Origin: Mobula hypostoma
Taxonomy: Eukaryota
Assembly (NCBI RefSeq): GCF_963921235.1
Contig: NC_086114.1
Location: 33,356,001-33,420,000, forward strand
Length of the DNA: 64,000 nt
Direction of reading: 5' to 3'
The translations under genes were made by a program, and so were the position numbers. Each line of letters begins with the position of its first letter. The first letter of the stretch is position 1. The notes under the pieces are model-generated. The model was not told the DNA's origin. It made no database searches and worked only from the letters and a program-made list of their open reading frames with translations. Below are positions 13,200-26,669 of the stretch, in pieces.

Positions 13200-13805
13200 T
13201 GTCACAGGGATAAATCTCTCCATCATTCCCTTGTCCATTCATTCCTCCCCACTAATCTCTCTCCTGGCACTTATCCCTGCATGTGGAAGAAGTGCTACAC
13301 CTGCCCATTCATCTCCTCCATCACCCCCATACAAGGCCCCAAACAGTCCTTCCAGGTGAGGCAACACTTCACCTGCAAACCTGTTAGGTCACATATATTT
13401 TGTAGTATTGTATCCGGTGCTCCCAATGTGACCTCCTCCACATTGGTGAGACACATCATAGATTGTGGGATGGCTTTGTTGTGCTCTTTTGTTCCATCCA
13501 CGAAAAAGCAGGATTGCCCAGTGCCCAAACATTTTAATTCCATTTCCCATTCCCATACCAACATGCTGTCCATGGCCTCCTTTACAGCCACTATGAGGCC
13601 TCTCCAAGGTTGGAGAAGCAAAGTCTCATCATATTCTGACACAGTAACCTCCAACCTAGTGGCACGAACATCAATTTCTCCATCTTCTGGTAATTTTCCC
13701 CCTCCCCATTCCCTCTTCTTCAATATCGAAATCTGGACCCCTCTTTTCTCCTCACCTGCCTTTCTCCTCCTGCTAGTGCCCCTCCTCCTTCCCTTTCTCC
13801 CACAG
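13200..13805 (+). mobile_element. Penelope-like element fragment (GIY-YIG remnant), interrupted by a Rex1 insertion
   Basis: KQSFQVRQHFTC; parallels 35920-36480; resumes at 14481. Confidence 0.8.
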
Positions 13806-13809
13806 TTAA

Positions 13810-14480
13810 CTCTCCTCATTGAGGGATCAGGGGTGGAAAGGGTGAGCAGTTGCAAATTCCTGAGTTTAAAAATCTCAGAAGGTCAAGAGCATTCTTTTCC
13901 CAACAAATTGATGCAATTACAAAGAAGGCATGACAGTGGTTATGTTTCATTAGGAGTCTGAGGAATCTTGGTATGATACCAAAGACTCACAAATTTCTAC
14001 AGATGCACTGTGGCGAGTATTCTAACTGATTGTATCAACACCTGGAATGATGGGATGACTGGACAGGATTGGAAAAAGCTGCAGGAAGTTGTATACTCAA
14101 CCAGCTCCATCATGGGCCTGGCCTTCCCAGCATCGAGGACATCTTTAAAAGGCAATACCTTAAAAAGACAGCATCCATCATTTAGTACCCCCATGCTGTG
14201 TTCTCATTGCTACCATCAAAGAGGAGGTACAGGAGCCTGAAGACACGTATCAACACTTTAGGGACAGCTTCTTCCCCTCCAACATCAGATTTATGAACGG
14301 ACAATGAATCCACGTACACTACTTCAATATTTTTGCTCTCTTTTTGCACTACTTGTTTAATTTTAAAAATATATTTCTTATTGTTATTTATATGTTTTTT
14401 TATTATTATGTATTGCAATGTACTGCTGTCACAAAATAACAAATTTCACAACATATGACAGTGATACTAAACCTGATTCT
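13810..14480 (+). mobile_element. Rex1/Babar LINE 3' fragment nested in Penelope
   Basis: IEGSGVERVSSCKFL and SILTDCINTW motifs; tail aaacctgattct. Confidence 0.8.
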
Positions 14481-14975
14481 CATTCTCCAGCCCTTTCCTT
14501 TTTCCACCTATCACCTTCTAGCTTTTGCTTATTGCCCTCCCCCCACTTTCTTATTATGGCTTCTTCCCCTTTTCCTTACGGTCCTGATAAAGAGTCTCAG
14601 CCTGAAATGTCGACTATTTATTCGTTTCCGTAGATGCTGCCTGTGTGGTGCGTGGCCAAGAGGTTAGGGCGTTGGACTAGCGATCTGCAGGTCGTGGGTT
14701 CGAGCCTCGGCCGAGGCAACATGTGTGTCCTTGAGCAAGGCACTTAATCACACAATGTTCCAGTCTACCCAGCTGAGAATGGGTACCGGCAAAAATGCTG
14801 GGGGTTAACCTTGCGATAGACTGGCGTCCTATCGAGGTGGAATCTCATACTCTCAGTCACTTCACGTCATGGAAACCGGCATAAGCACCGGCCTGATGGG
14901 CCACAAGGCTCGTGACAGACTTTAATCTTTAATAGATGCTGCCTGAGTTCCTCCAGCATTTTGGGTGAGTTGTGC
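14481..14975 (+). mobile_element. Penelope terminal repeat (continuation) with decayed hammerhead motif, split by a SINE
   Basis: gtcctgataaagagtctcagcctgaaatgtcgact...tagatgctgcctg..gagttcctccagcatttt. Confidence 0.75.
14644..14932 (+). mobile_element. full-length tRNA-derived SINE with CORE-like domain and 13-bp TSD
   Basis: A box TGGCCAAGAGG, B box GGTTCGAGCC, core gtgtccttgagcaaggcactt..aatgggtacc; TSD tagatgctgcctg at 14631-14643 and 14933-14945. Confidence 0.9.
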
Positions 14976-16243
14976 CACCCATTCCCCATGATTAGTGCCT
15001 TCACAACTGTGTGTCTGCCCACATCTCTGAGTATATAAGAGCTGCAGTTCACTCTTTCCTGAGGCTTTACTGGTTTCAAATCCCTCGTCAATGAAGTCAT
15101 TTCTTCACTGAGATAATTTCAGCTTTAATGGCAGTGTCAATATTGAATGAATTAATGCATAATTCTACATCCATGGAATAACAGAGAATTATTTTGCTAT
15201 AGCTGAATCTGCTGAAATGCATATCATATGACAAGCAACGCAGAACCTTAAACATAGAGCTGTGAGATCCATATAAAATGCCTAATACAATGGAATAGTC
15301 ATTGGGGCTAGAGGTAATAAAACGTTCTCATACCATTGACTCTCAATCAAGTAACACATTAGGATCAGAGCTGTAAATCTGTTAGGTCCGTCAGCTATGT
15401 CAGAAACATTAAACTCCACTGCTCAGTTTAGTACATTATGTGTGATGTGGAAATACTGGGAAATTTCAGCACTTTCTACAAACCTGTATTGCTTTTGCTC
15501 TGTTCCTCTGCTGTGAACAGCAGCACAAAGAAACGTCTTAGCCATGGTTTCTGATGGGAGGCTAATTTGGAAAATGTAGTCAAATATCAGATTACAAAAT
15601 AAACGAGATCTCTCTAAAGACTTGCCTATCTCTCTTAACTACCTCCCAGGGATATATTACTTACTCGCTAATCACTTCCCCAAAGAGCGGCCTGAAATAC
15701 TTGGCTAATTCAGCAGCATTTGGTTAATTGAGAAAGACAAAACTGATTTCCAATGGCCTCGCTCCTTATGCAGCACTGCAAATGTGTAAAGGGGCCTCCG
15801 ATAAGCTTGTCACTGTTCAGGTGCCCCTCTGGCAGATAATTTCCTCTCCCAATCAATCAGATCTCAAGAACTTTCCTTTGGTAATGGATACTGAGGGAAA
15901 CAATTTAATTTTCTTTAACATTCGGTTTTACATTTAGTTTGAGGATACAATGTTCATGAGAAGAAAAGTATGTTTTCCATTCAGTCCCTGAATCCACCCC
16001 TCAATCATAACAAGTCTGTGTCCTACCCCATCCTCAGAGTCCTCCATAAAATGAGTAATCTTCCTCATCCCAGATTCTGGTGATCCCTGGCAACCCAGTC
16101 AAAGTTCAAAGTTCAATGTAAATTTATTACCAAAATATGTATATTTCACTGTATACTACCTCGAGTTTTGTTTTACGCTGGTATTTGCAGTAGTAGAGGG
16201 AAATACTCGGTCAAAATTCAGGTTGCCCTTGTTATTTTTTTTA

Positions 16244-16365
16244 CTGGTTCTGATGAAGGATCTTGGATCTGAAATATTAAATCTCTTCCTTATTCCAAAA
16301 ATGCTGCCTGCTTCCAAGACTTCCTGTTCTTATTTCAGATTTCCAGCATCCGCAATTTTGATTTT
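16244..16365 (+). mobile_element. Penelope-type terminal repeat fragment with hammerhead core
   Basis: CTGATGA at 16250-16256, GAAA at 16271-16274, tail cagatttccagcatc. Confidence 0.6.
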
Positions 16366-16942
16366 TGTTGGCTAATTTTTTTCTCTGACCCATGTACCAC
16401 AGGGAGGCGCTGTAGGCAGGGAGCACTTATGCTACAAGTGGGTTACCTCTCATATGCTGTAATCTTCTCCCTGCTAGCCTCAAACCTCATGTATCACAAT
16501 GCATATTCTCACCTGTCTGAAGCTCCTCAGTGATAATACCAATTATAGCTTAGCTCAGTGCAAATGTACGACAGGCATATACCACAGAATGCAATGAGTT
16601 CAAACAATGGTTTTCAAAGAATTCTCTTTACATCTAGTCGCATCCATACCCATGTGGTTTAATGGAGTTGTCCAGTGCACATTAAGTGCTATAACTTGGA
16701 AGAGGGGACTGTTCTGGATCATATCAATGTCTGCCCTTGTGGATTTAGTGAAATAACCTGGTGGATGGATTAACGAATGCAGTTAAAGAAAGATATTGTG
16801 TTTCTTTGTTTGCATCACCCCTCCTCTAACACATCTCATTAATCCATCAACTATATCATTTCGCCAACTTCACTATAAACCTGACTCCAGAGGTTTTACT
16901 TTCATCCTTTTCCTTTCCCAGCTTCTCAGCAACATAAACCTA

Positions 16943-16945
<3 letters not shown>

Positions 16946-16987
<42 letters not shown>
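16946..16987 (+). repeat. (CT)n microsatellite
   Basis: About 20 perfect CT units. Confidence 0.95.
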
Positions 16988-16990
<3 letters not shown>

Positions 16991-18084
16991 CCAATTCTAG
17001 TGAAGGGTCTCCATCCTGAAATATTAACTCTGTTCCTCTCTCTACTGATCTCTCATCGATACAGATTCTGTACATAGTACCCTCTCTGGAAGGTGACGAT
17101 GCTGAAGGCTCTGAGAGGGTGTTGGTGGAGGTGGAAAGGTCACCAGAGAATGTATATCTCAGAATAGACTTTGCAAAGACCATTACTGCCATTTAACATT
17201 AATGTTTACACATTGGCAGAGAAATGGGAAATATTATAACACTGCTTTCTGAGAGATAGCATCTAATTATGCATGGGGCATCTCCAGTTATGACCAAGCA
17301 TGAATAATAGAATACTTTGTGAACTATTTCCTGAACTTACCACATTCCTTGTTAAACTGCTGTGGCATTTGTCTGCTGTCCATTGACACCATGCTATATT
17401 GTAACTGCTGTTAAGTTTGGTCTGTTCTAGGACAGATAGGAAATTACTACTCAGTTTTATTAGTTTGGAGATTAGCTGGGACAGATCATCCATCAACATT
17501 GTATGAGATGGATATCTTGTGAAACACTAACCTGTAGCTAGAAAGGGTTGGAGATTGATTATAGTTTTACCCAAATTCTGTTCATAACAATACAACAAAA
17601 GCAAATCAGCAACCGTTCATATTCCTAAACCAATGGAGAGCAGTTAAGATTTCATCACTGACTGAGCTTAGCAGGAGCACATGGTCAGAATCTGCATCAC
17701 CCCTTTCAATTCACGTTAAACTCTCATTTGCTGCATGAAATGTAACCCATATGTGAAGCTGTCAGCTCATCATGAGGTGGATCTTATGATGAGATAAATG
17801 CTTCCAAGTGCTTCAGGGCTGCACTATGCACAAAGTAAAGCAATTTACAGACCTGTACACAACAGTTAAATTCAGGTAAGTGGAAGCTAACTCAAACCTT
17901 GAACTGAACATTGCAAACACTGTGAAACATTATTGGACGCCTTTGAACAAAATAGAGTACTGTGTCTACGGTGTCATCTAACTGAGAGATAAATCTTCCA
18001 ATGATGTAAGTGTTTCCAAGTGGTTCAGAGCCCTTGGTTTACAAATATTTACAAACATTTCCTGATAAGTCTTCTTATCAGGAG

Positions 18085-18260
18085 AACAAACAAAAACTCC
18101 TGACACCGGAGATCTAAAATAAAAATAGAAGATGCTGGAAGCACTCAGTAGGTTAGACAATGTCTGTGCCTAGAGAGACAGATTTAATGTTTCAGCTCTC
18201 AGACCCTCCCTTGGAACTGATGAAAAGTCTCTGTTATGGAACGCTAACCTAATCCACTTA
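18085..18260. mobile_element. inverted pair of Penelope-type terminal repeat fragments
   Basis: Minus copy (gatgctggaagcactcag..aatgtttcag..gaccctccc) directly followed by plus copy ctgatgaaaagtctc..ggaacg. Confidence 0.55.
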
Positions 18261-18932
18261 GCATGTTTATCACTGCAGTCATTTTGAGTTACTGAAACAT
18301 AAGACAACCATCTGAGCCTTGGTACTTTTGAGGAAAGGTCAAAAAATGTCTGACAAAAGCAAACAATTGGAAAGGATCCTTTGGAAATCTGGGAGACGTC
18401 AGGAGTAATGGAAAGCATCTGAATTTTGAATCTATGACTGAGGAGCAAAGATAAGGCAGTGTATGTACAGGGATGATATCCAGCATCCCACTTCAGTTAT
18501 CTCGTCAACTCTACCAGTGCCTTGTTGTGCTTACCTGCCACCTCGATTTCTTCTCACCAAAGGCTGGGATCATGAGAACAATTGCCATTCACCCCAAAAC
18601 AAAATCCTGATCCATAGTCACTAAATCCATCCTCCTTCCTGGCAACTGCTTGAGGTGCAATCTGTCCTTCAACGCCTTAGTGTCATTGTTGACCCCAGCT
18701 TAAACCTCTAACCACAAGGAACAAATCTCTTTGTGGCCTTTCCCATTCCTCCCCATCTGTTAAATGCATTTCTGCATTTTTGCAATTCCTTCCTCTTAAG
18801 CAATCCCCTTTTTTTCAGCTGTCCACAAATAACAACCATACCCTCTGCGTCATTAGGACGGAGTCCTGGAATTTCACCCAATAAATACCCTTTTCCCCCT
18901 TTTCTTATGGCAGTCATTTAGAAGTTTCTTTA

Positions 18933-19245
18933 GCATGGCAGTTAGAATGATGATATTACAGCACCAGCGAGTACTTCTTTGGTTTCAGTTTCCGCCACTG
19001 CTGTCATTAAGGAGTTTGTACATTCTCCCTATGTCTGAGTGGGTTTTCTTTGGGTGCTCCAGTTTCCTCTCACATTCCAAAACTGTACAGTTAGGGTTAA
19101 TGAGTTGTGGGCATTCTATGTTGGTGTCAAAAGTGTGCTGACACTTTTAGGCCGCCCAGCACAATCCTCACTGATTTGACTCAACACAAATAATGCAATT
19201 CATTGTATGTTTTGATGGTTCAAAGTACGTGTTATAAATTAATAC
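18933..19245 (+). mobile_element. V-SINE
   Basis: aaggagtttgtacattctccc..ccagtttcctctcacattccaaa. Confidence 0.7.
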
Positions 19246-19309
19246 CTCCTTATGTGTCTCAATATTCAATTTTGGATTGCTCTTTCCGGAGCATTTTACT
19301 TTATTCAAT

Positions 19310-20645
19310 GTTCAAAGTATATGCATTATCAAAGTACATATATATCACCATTCACAAATAACTCGGAGATCCATTTTCTTGCGTGCATTCTCAGTATATC
19401 CAAGAAGCATAATAGAACCTCTGAAACAGCACACCCAACACAGCAGGCAAACAACCAATATGCAAACGACAATAAATTGTGCAAATACAAAAGGAAGAGG
19501 AAAAATTAATAATAATAAATAAATACTGAAGACATGAGAAAAATCCTTGAAAATGAGTCCATAGGTTGTAGGAACAACTCAGTAACGGGGCAAGTGAAGT
19601 TGAATGAAGTTATTCCCACTCGTTCAGGAGCCTAATGGTTGAAGGATAGTAACTGTTCCTGAACCAGTTAGTGTGAGTCCTGAGGCTCTTGTACCTTCCT
19701 CATGATGGCAGCAGCAAGACGAGAGCATGACCAGGATGGTGATAGTCCCTGATAATGGACACCGCTTTCCTGTGACACCACTCTGTGTAGGTGTGCTCAA
19801 TGCAGGGGTGCGCTTTACCCGTGAACTAGGCCATATCCACTACTTTTTGTAGGATTTTGGTATTTCCATACCAGGCTGTGCTGCAACCACCTCAATATAC
19901 TCTCCACCACACACCTATAGAAGTTTGTCAAAGTCTTAGATGACATGCCAAATTTTCACAAACTTCTAAGAAAACAGAGGTGTTGCTATGCTTTCTTCAT
20001 TATTGCCCTTAAGTTTTAGGCCCAGGACACGTCCTCTGAAATGATAACACCAAGGAATTTGGAGTTGCTGACCCTCTCCGCCTTTGATCTCTTGATGAGA
20101 ACTGGTTCATAGACCTCCGGTTTCCTCCTCCTGAACTCAATAATCAGCTCCTTGGTCTTGCTGACATTGAGCGAGAGGCTGTTGCTATGGCACCACTCAG
20201 CCAGATTTTCATTCTCCTTCCTATATGCTGATCATCAATACCTTTGATTTGATCAACAAACGTGGTGACATCAACAAACTTAAATATGGCATTGGAGCTG
20301 TGTTTAGCCACACAGTTATAAATGTAAAGTAAGTAGAGGACACAGCCTTGCAGTGCACCTGTGCTGATGGATACTGTGGAGGAGATGTTGTTGCAAATCC
20401 AAAAATACCGGGGTCTACGAGTGAGGAAGTCCAGGATCCAATTGCACGAGGAGGTATTGAGGTCAAGATCTTGAAGCTTATTGATTAGTTTTGAGGGGAT
20501 AATAATATAGAATGCCAAGTTGTAGTCGATAAAGAGCACCCAGATATTCTAGGGTTGAGTGTAGAGCCAATGAAATGCCATTTGCTGTGGACCTGGTGTG
20601 CTGGTAGGCAAATTGGAGCAGATCCCAGTCACTTCTCAGGCAGGA
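19310..20645 (-). mobile_element. Rex1/Babar LINE, 5'-truncated and disrupted RT
   Basis: Minus translation [40 protein letters not shown]; frameshifts. Confidence 0.85.
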
Positions 20646-22014
20646 GACAGGAAGGATGCTACAAAGGTGCATTTTTGTTTTGTAAATGGATGAGTGAGAG
20701 GAGGAACTTCATCAAAGAGTAATAATTTCTAGAAAAAAAATTCCTGTAAGATAGAGGAAATAAAGGAGGAAACATAAAGGTGATTAAGTTTTATTGATTT
20801 CACAATGAAATGAATAGGATGGACTGACTGGCTTCAATTCTTTGTGACTCAGAACATAAAACAGTATAGCACAGAACAGATCTTTCAGCCCACAATGTTA
20901 TGCCGATTTATTGCAGTTCATTCACTATTTAGCTCATTCGCTCTGTTATGGAAGAACAGGTGTCCCATTTCCAGGCTGCAGAGCTCCTCTTGGATTCTGG
21001 CAACAGGAGACAGAAAGAAGAGGAAGAGACAGATCAAGCACTCTGGGAAAGTACGGTAAGAAAAAGGAGAAAAGGAAGAAAAAGCATTGACCTGCCGAGT
21101 GGCAGAAAAGGGACAAGTAGAAAGAGGAAGAGTGAATGAAAAGAAGGCAAGTGACAACCGATGAACAGACACTTAAGGGAGCAGCTGTCCATCTACAGCA
21201 CTGCCATACCTAACATCTGCCGCCTACAGTCATACCTCAGCCACAGAAGGATACATCTTTGCTTAGATGACACACTTCATCCAGAGAAAGAGCACTACAG
21301 TAACATGGAAGGGAAAGTAGAAAGAAATCTAGTAGTGATTCAGATTTGGCAAATTCTATGCAGACTATGGTCTCAGATAAACCTCCCCACCTTTCAGTTT
21401 GAAACTATCCCATCAAAATGTAGAATTCTTGGCCAGAGGACATTGCAATGATCACATTTACTCTGACAGTTCTTTGTCCTTAAATATGGATGCCCATTAA
21501 ATCTTTCCTGTTGCTGATTTCTGCAGAATATACTTGGGTTACTGGTTGAAACTGTATGCTACTAAAGGTGTTAATGTTGAATGGGGTTTGTCTAGAAAAC
21601 CATTAATTACTCTGATAACAAAAGACCACAGATAAAATTTCATTTACATGGAGCAAAATTTGTTGGGTGTTCCTAAATCTACTAGAGTCTGGTAAACTAT
21701 CCCTGACAGTGAATTCTTTGCACATATTCAGCTGTTACGTTCAAATAACAAATGGAAACATTCTTCCGTTACATGGGTTTCAGAGAGGCCAGCAGATCTG
21801 TTTCATTGGTTCACTGCGGTTGCAGATCTTGGGAGGGATTTCAGGAAACTCATTTAGGTTGGTAATTATTCTTAAGGAAAGAAAGAATCTCAGATATTTG
21901 GAAAGCCACACCAGTTCATTGCAGTCAAGATCCATTCACATTCTTACGCCAAATTGATGTGGAGCAGAAGGCCTCTCAGGTTGCAAGGTGCAAGGTGATA
22001 GTCATAAGAACAAC

Positions 22015-22270
22015 ACAGTGATGCAGCAGGCAGGACTGCTGCCTCATCACTTCAACAAGTCTTCTGCTTTTGATGCCAACCTCTGATCTGTGTGGGGTTT
22101 GCACGTTCTCCTTGTGATTACATGTGTTTCCTCAGATACTCTGGTTTCCTTCACATCTGAAAAATGTGCTGGTAGGTTACCCTCAGGGTTCGTGGGGTAG
22201 GGGTGCTCAAGAATCAGTGAGGGGTTCGTGGGAATGAGAGAAAGACAAAGTTAAAGGGAGAATGGGAAAG
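22015..22270 (+). mobile_element. V-SINE, degraded
   Basis: tgtggggtttgcacgttctccttgtg..ggtttccttcacatc. Confidence 0.65.
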
Positions 22271-22589
22271 AGATTTATAAAAGTTGAACTTTTGTCTACA
22301 AGATAGTTTATTATCTATCTCCAAGGTCTACTGGACTCCCAGAAGCTGGGCAATTCATTCCAGATCCTGCTCATTCCCTTTTTTGCACTCTTTAAATAAT
22401 CATCCAATCATTTCCTTTCTGAATTTGTTTTCATTAATCCTCCAGAACGTACAGAAAGAAATGCTTTTTTGTCACATCTGGTCCTTTTGCAATTTGACAC
22501 TTGATTTACAATTATCAACCCTTAACTCTTTCACCCATGTAAATACCTTCTCCTTCTTTTACCTATTAACACTTTCCTTGATTTGTTAA

Positions 22590-22780
22590 TGTTAAATCAG
22601 AATAAGAAAGTTGTGCTAAACTTTTGTAAATCACTAGTTATGCCCCAGTTGGAGTATTAGGACCAATTTTGGGTCTTGTGGAAGAATGTTGAGGCCCAAG
22701 GGTACACAGAAAATTCATAGAACAAATATATAAGACTTCAGGTCTTTGAAGAGAATAGAAAGTCTAGGATTCTCAAAAAT
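22590..22780 (+). mobile_element. old CR1 RT fragment
   Basis: Similar to the [25 protein letters not shown] region at 37975-38050. Confidence 0.55.
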
Positions 22781-24090
22781 GGAATCAGACTTGATCAATC
22801 TGGAAAGGGAGAAACATCGCGGGGCAACCATCTCAGATCCGTTGTGCGAATGATCAACTAGTTCAGCCTTGGGCCTTCTCAATCATTTTTTCAAACATTT
22901 CTTCTTTCCCCTTGTTAGCATAAGATGCCACAATAAGAATAAAAGTTCAGGGCTTTCTTTGGAACTGTAAGTTGAAAGCTTTTAGGTGAGGAGTCATAAA
23001 ATTAGTAAATTAACTTCCGGAAATTTTAGCAGCGACCAACAGTAAGCTCAGCAACAAAAGACTTCTGGTTCATATTCAAACCAACAACAGACATCAATTA
23101 GTTTCATTTAAAACTGTAAGCTTATCTACAGCTTCCTTCAGCGTATGCCTGGAGGATCTATGTTCATTTTATGAGTATTTTATGTTCATTTTATACTGTC
23201 ATACAATGAGTTCTTTCAGCATCTGATCCTGTATCATTTAAAAGTAAAGGCTCTCAGTTTGAAAGCTCTACAATAGGAAAAATCATTATGTCTATGAGTT
23301 GCTTTAATCTGATGCCATTCATACAGAGAATGTTCACATTTAAGATAAATTCCATGCTCAAATTTCAAAAAGATACTTTCTCCAGGGCCCACTGTACAAC
23401 TGATTCGGTACTTTCTGACTTCAGTTAACGTTCTATCAGCTTCTCTTATCTCTTCCCCAGTGCATTAATCCACTCATCAACTATTATAGATTTTTTGATG
23501 TCACTCTACATCATTTACTGAGGGCTCAAAAGACTTCTTAGCTTCCAATTCTTCCACTCTTGAGAAAGATGAACATCAAAAGATTTTCTCCAAATAAACA
23601 CACACTGTAGATTTTCGCAAATAAAACAATGCGAGGCGTTTTAAATTTAAGAAAACTTTTTCTTGAACACATTTATTGAACTCCAAAACCCGAACACAAA
23701 GCACGTTGAAAGTTCTTTCCAAAAGTACATCGTCATGTCAGACCTGTTTCTTAAAGTGAAGCCCAACTCAATGTCGCTGGTTGTGAATTATGTACATTTC
23801 CACCAATTACATTACCCTACTACACTACCCCAACAGATGTTGAAATACAGACATTTTACCACATCAAACTTATTGAAAAATGTAACACATATAATTATAT
23901 ATTATTTTCTGGTCTATTTTAATATTCCTGCACTAATTTAAACAAGATACTGTAGTAGTTTATAGCTAGCTCTTAAATTACATGATGAGAATTGGTGCTG
24001 AGCTTGGGACATGATCTTTGTCAGGAATCCAATATCACTCCACTGTAAGGAATAGTTACTGAAGAATGATCCAATACATTTGGAAGTAAG

Positions 24091-24653
24091 TGTGACCCTC
24101 AGGTTTAGCCAGCACGTGTTTGTCTAGGGGAAGACAGCCTCTGGCCCAGCCAAACTGAGAAATCTCGTTTGTGTGGATGCTGTGTGATGTGTTGCCTGGT
24201 TACAAACCTGCACCGCAAAATATCAGATAGTACACCACATGCAATTAAATGATTGAACTTCATAACTCTTAATCTGAATATAGTTAGTAAAGAAAATAAA
24301 AAGAAAACAGGCCCACTTTAAGGAAAAATTCAAAAGTGCACGTTGGAGCTCACCGATACGGCCATTCGTCCACCATCGACCTCCTCCGAGCGTCGCTGAC
24401 CTTCGGACCCTCACTTCCAGTCCAATCTGTCCGGTGGTCTACCAGCTCTCTTCACACATGTTTTCCTTCTTCATCTCTCACTGACAAAAGACCACGAAAA
24501 TCCCTCTTCCAGACCCACAAGAAAGAACAACACCCCTCTCATCGGCTAACATACATTCCAAAGTCCCCGTTATCTCTGGTCATAACCCAAACATTGCTGC
24601 CACAGAGAAACCATTACCTTAGCCTCAGCAGTGAAACATTACAACGTGTTACA
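24091..24653 (-). mobile_element. solo LTR (563 bp), probably Gypsy-type
   Basis: Ends TGTGA...TTACA; perfect 4-bp TSD taag at 24087-24090 and 24654-24657; orientation inferred. Confidence 0.8.
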
Positions 24654-25119
24654 TAAGAAAGAAAAATGCAAACAAATAAGAAGACATTTTGTCAGGTAGC
24701 TGTAGAATGCAAGTATTACAAATGGGTATCAGTTTTTGTGGTAAAATTACTTCCCATTGTTACTTAATCTATTTCTTAATAATCAAAACTACACACTGAT
24801 CCTTATAAATACACATGAAAACCTAACAGATAACTTTCAACTTGATTGCACAATGGAGTCAGGAGGACTGGGCTTAAATGTTCTGCCTTCTTCAGTATAG
24901 TAACTGCACCATCTATTTGTGAAATTATTTCCAGCTGCTCTCCTGTTCATCTCTGCTCCTCAGCAAGCTATTTCTTCCACACTCAAGGAGGATGTCACAG
25001 TGGAATTCTGCTACTGCTTGAAAGGAGTCAATCAAAAATCTGAGCAATGAGTTTGATGAACTTTTGGTCCAGAGGCTTAGTGGTTTGCATAACGTTGTTT
25101 CAGCACCAGCAATCATCGA

Positions 25120-25370
25120 TTGAGATCAATTTAATCTCTGCCTGTAGGAAGTTTGGATGTTCTCCATGCGACCATGTGCTTCAGTTTCCCCAGAGGGGTA
25201 GTGAGTGGTGGTAAGGTATATTGCTGTTGAAATACTATGTTGGAGTTGGCTCTGCTTGCGGGGCTGCCTGAACAATCCTCGCTGATTTGATTTGAAGCAG
25301 ATGACACATTGCACTATATGTTCTGATGTTTTGATGTACATGGGACAAATAAAGCTAATCTTAATCTTTG
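25120..25370 (+). mobile_element. V-SINE fragment
   Basis: gaagtttggatgttctccatg and tail shared with 18933-19245. Confidence 0.55.
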
Positions 25371-26319
25371 GTAAGGCTGTTAACGCTACTGAGTAAATGA
25401 ATAAAGTTAAGGATCTCCGATTATAGAAGGACAAATAGAAGAGGCTTAGTGGTTTTTTCCTGTTGCAACGTATCTTCATTGATTTTCAGCTTTGGGTACA
25501 GTATATAGATTGAACTCAGCAATGTCTTTAAGATCCATATTAATAAAGGTTGCCACACTTTTCCTTAAATGATTTAGAATAGGAGTAAAATGGCTTCAAA
25601 ATTCTTTGATGTTGTGGATCAAATTGCCATCCTGTAGAAGAAGCGGTAGATAGGATTTCTGTGTGATGTCAAGGTAGCAAAACATATTTCATTTGGTTGA
25701 AGCCTTTGTTGGCTGAAAAGAACTATAATCTACAAACCAGTGAACAGGGATGGAGGCAGCCATATTCTGAGACTGTCCTTGTAGCTGCCATTTTATGAAC
25801 AGTTTGATGAATTGATTATTGCTCCGGGATAACTCAATCAGAGCAGTTGAACATGGACACAAGGAGGTTCTGCAAATGATCTGCTAAACCTGAGGCCTTA
25901 GATAGGAAACTATTTATTAAGTAAAATGACAGGTTTACAGAAGGAATAGCCTGTGATCTCATTAGCTGGGCCTGCTTGTTGGGTGACCTGGTTGGACTGA
26001 TTTGAACCAGTCTGAGTTGGACAGAGCAAAAGAAATGACCTAAGGCACAAGGCTGAAGGGACAGCCATAATGCAATACTGCTTGTAGCCTTGGGCCACAC
26101 AGGTGATTGTGACCTGAGCTGATAGAGGCACTTGTTAGGAAATACAGATTCTCTCTGTGCCTAACTGGTCATTATTATTGAGGAGTAATCCTTGGAACAG
26201 TTTCAATAAAGGATTATGTTTTATTTTATTTTATTTTGTTTATTCAGACATACTTCACAATAACAAGCTCTTATAGCCCAATGAGCAAGCACTGCCCAAT
26301 TTATTTATTTTCATTACCT

Positions 26320-26600
26320 TTATTTGTCACGTGTACATCGAAACATCAAAATGTACAGTGACATGCACGACTTGGTTCAGCAGCCAACACAGTCCGAGGA
26401 TGTCTTGGGGGAAGCCAGAAAGTGTCACCATACATCTGGCACCAACACAGCATGCCCAGAATTCACCAACCCTAACCCATACATCTTGGGAACGTGGGAG
26501 GAAACAGGAGTACCCAGCGGAAACTCATGCACTCACGGGGAGAATGTACAGACGGTGGCAGTAATTGAACTCAGATCGGTGCACTGTTACACTGACTGTT
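26320..26600 (-). mobile_element. V-SINE
   Basis: Reverse V-domain tgggaggaaacaggagtacc..cacggggagaatgtac. Confidence 0.7.
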
Positions 26601-26669
26601 ACATCCTTAAATAGGAACACATCTGGGATTCGAACCTGGAGCCTGTCACACCCTAATACCCCTAGAACA

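Noticed and set aside
13104-13961. 285-aa ORF as a novel chimeric gene
   Set aside because: Chance open frame across Penelope and Rex1 debris; only short patches are in the original frames
14644-14716. tRNA gene
   Set aside because: It is the head of a SINE with core, tail and TSD; no clean acceptor stem or poly-T terminator
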